From Guillardia theta CCMP2712 (lineage: Eukaryota > Protista > Cryptophyta), in the NCBI RefSeq assembly GCF_000315625.1, contig NW_005434653.1, positions 630,638-694,637 on the forward strand: 64,000 nt of DNA, read 5' to 3'. A model generated the notes under the pieces. The model searched no databases, was not told where the DNA came from, and saw only the letters and a list, made by a program, of their open reading frames with translations. Within the stretch, counting starts at the first letter, position 1; each line of letters starts with the position of its first letter. The position numbers and the translations under genes were made by a program. This document shows, in pieces, positions 61,395-64,000 of the stretch.

Positions 61395-61974
61395 TTCCTT
61401 CTCCCTACTCTCTCCCCCCTTCTCCCTCCTCTTCCTCCTTCCTTTCCTCGCCTTCTCCTGCTCTCCTTCCTCCTCCTTCTCTCTCTCTGTCCGTCTATCC
61501 CTCTGTTCCTTCTCCCTCCTCCTCTTTCCCAACTGATTCTGTTCCTCCTCCCCTTCCTTGGTCTCCTAGCACGATATATCTGCGTCCTCGTCTGACGCAG
61601 CTGCAGATATCACGGGGGAAGCAAGCAGGGAGCGAGGTAGAGATGAGCTTGTCCTGCCGGACCTGACGAGAGCAGGTCGAAACTCCTGCAACGAGCCCTT
61701 CCTCGCAACAACAAGTTTGTCGAGCTCACACGGGAGAGCGCGGAGATGGTGGGCAGAGAGGAGGAATAGGAGGAGGAGGAGGAGGAGGAGGAGGAGGAGG
61801 AGAAAGAAGGCTTGAAGGACTCTGGGAAGAGGCTTGGAGAAGGAGCTAAGCTTGGGAGCAGCTGGGTCTGATGGGTTTTCCTGTCCTTACGGCAGAGGAG
61901 GAGGCAGAAGCTCTTTGTGCTCATCTTGATGGTTTGTGACGCCTTCATGTTCATCATTCCCTCCCTTCGACTCT

Positions 61975-62012
<38 letters not shown>

Positions 62013-62013
62013 T

Positions 62014-62049
<36 letters not shown>

Positions 62050-62226
62050 CTCTCTCCTTTGATGTCTCCCAGCCTCTCCTTCTCATCTCCTCGCTCTCTC
62101 CCTCTCTCTCTTCTCTCATTTCCTCCCTCAGCTGCTGGAATCGTCAGCGCTTGCATCTCTCCTGACGGAGACGCTCTGTAAGTCGTACCCCTCCTCTTGT
62201 ACCTCAGATCTGCCACACCCAACATC

Positions 62227-62268
<42 letters not shown>

Positions 62269-62406
62269 GCTTCCTCCCTTCTCAGTCTTTATCATTGTGG
62301 TAACGACAAACTGGTCCAGCTGTTACGGAGCGAGACGAGTCATAAAGGTGAACAAGTTTGATCCTTCAGCCCCTTTTCTTCTCATCTCCCCCCTCCCCCC
62401 CAAACT

Positions 62407-62457
<51 letters not shown>

Positions 62458-62839
62458 CTCGTCCTCCTCATCTCTACCGTCAGTCTCTCCGTCTCTCGTC
62501 TGATCGCGACGTCTATATCGAATGCTATGAAGCGGAAGCAATCCGGTGAGCAAAGTATCACTTCTCATCCAGCTCCCTCCTGCTCCTGCTCCCGCTCCCT
62601 GCTCCTGCTCCTGCTCCTGCTCCCTTCTCCCCTGCTCCCTGCTCCCTGCTCCCTGCTCCCTGCTCCCTGCTCCCTGCTCCTACTCCTGCCCCTCCTAGTC
62701 CGGCAGCTTCTGGCTGTCTTCTGAAGTTTCTCTGTCCTCTCTTTCAGTTCCCTCGGTTTCTCTCAACGAGATCTCATCGCCTCCATGATCCTCTTGGGCT
62801 CAGACCTGAACCAGCAGGGGGTGAGCAATGATGATGATA

Positions 62840-62915
<76 letters not shown>

Positions 62916-62928
62916 GTGATGATGATGG

Positions 62929-62978
<50 letters not shown>

Positions 62979-63560
62979 ATGGAGATGGAGATGGAGATGA
63001 TGAGCGTCTGGACTTGATGACGATGAGCGTCAGGCGGAGGGGGTGGGGACGAGCAAGTGCAGGAAATTCATCGCGAGCGTGAGGAAAGAAGGCAGGGATG
63101 CGCTGCAGCTGATCCAAGCCTGGAGCCGCGGGGACCCTGATGAAATCAGATGGGAGGGGGAAGCGAAGAGGAGGGAGGACGGAGGAGCAGGAGCAGGAGC
63201 AGGAGCAGGGGCAGAGCAGGTAGACTATCTTTGAGTGGCCGACTTGACTGATGGATCTATCAGGGAGGACAAGAGAGGAGGAGGAAGAAGAGCGACAAAG
63301 TTAAGCCGAACAAAGACGAGAAGTTCCTACGTGAGTTGTTGACATGCCATCTTCTCCTCCTACTCCTTCCTCTTCTCAACTTTCTGCAGAAGACATCAAG
63401 TCCCGTGTGAGCTGCATGGATGGCGAACGTGTCAAGTTGATTGCCAGCATATTCCAGAGGAATGATCTCTACCTTCTCCTCGTCCTCCTCCTTCTCTCCT
63501 CCTCCTCCTCCTCCTGCTCCTGCTCCTGCTCCTGCTCGTCCTCGCCCTCGCCCTCGCCCT

Positions 63561-63602
<42 letters not shown>

Positions 63603-64000
63603 TCCTTATTTCAACCCCAAACCCTCTCCTCTTCTCCTCTTACCCTGTAGCAGGACTCTCTCCCCTCAGGCTCAAGCTTCTCTCCCACGCCTCCTCCTCT
63701 TTCGTCCCCCTGACGTCCTCGGGCTCCGACGCTTCATGAGGAGGCGACTGGGATGGAAAGAGACTTCTCGCCTGGAACTCAAGGTAGCGGAGCAGGAGGA
63801 GCAGGAGGAGCAGGAGGAGCAGGATCTGACAGGGAGCAGTTGCTTCCCCTAGTCTCGTCCTTCTACTTTCGTCATGTCGACTACTTGGATTATTTTCCCG
63901 TGCGAGTTGTCGGCGAGAGAAAAAGTAGCTGACATGCGACTCATCCAAAGTGAGCCTCCTCCTGCGCCTGCTCCTGCTCCTGCTCCTCCTCCTGCTCCTG
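60508..64000 (+). CDS. GEN1: XPG/Rad2-family nuclease, GEN1-like Holliday junction resolvase; probably runs past window end
   Basis: MGGGSKFW, LKNKKVSVDLS-FWIV, PVFVAD, EAEALCAHL, ACISPDGDAL, LIASMILLGSDL..G..GVG (N, I and H2TH regions). Confidence 0.8.
62828..63003. repeat. Intronic (GAT)n microsatellite
   Basis: Direct observation. Confidence 0.9.

Overview
This is a gene-dense, GC-rich eukaryotic nuclear window with many very short (~40-70 nt) spliceosomal introns, many of them swollen by microsatellites. The overall style resembles a cryptophyte alga such as Guillardia theta; this is an inference, not a database match. About 20 protein genes are present. Recognisable ones are a thioredoxin, an alpha-kinase, a STE11/MEKK-type kinase, two aldo-keto reductases, an M1 (puromycin-sensitive-like) aminopeptidase, a sulfotransferase-like protein, a WW-domain protein, a J-domain protein, phenylalanine hydroxylase, MAK16, a mitochondrial carrier, NAD(P)HX dehydratase, cyclin B, a BART-domain protein and a GEN1-like resolvase. 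The standout structure is a ~9.3 kb cluster (14071-23405) of a CRE-like, RLE-type non-LTR retrotransposon. It consists of head-to-tail, differently 5'-truncated copies that share one non-polyadenylated 3' terminus (CAGTAAATCC). It also shows an RT-core deletion, a structured motif at the stop codon, a 3' UTR bounded by short inverted repeats, and a final inverted copy. Intergenic regions upstream of genes carry ACCCC/GGGGT-rich islands and GC-rich 'palindrome-word' blocks. Several introns appear to use GC donors. Exon boundaries were read by eye, so gene coordinates are approximate, and four N-gaps limit certainty.
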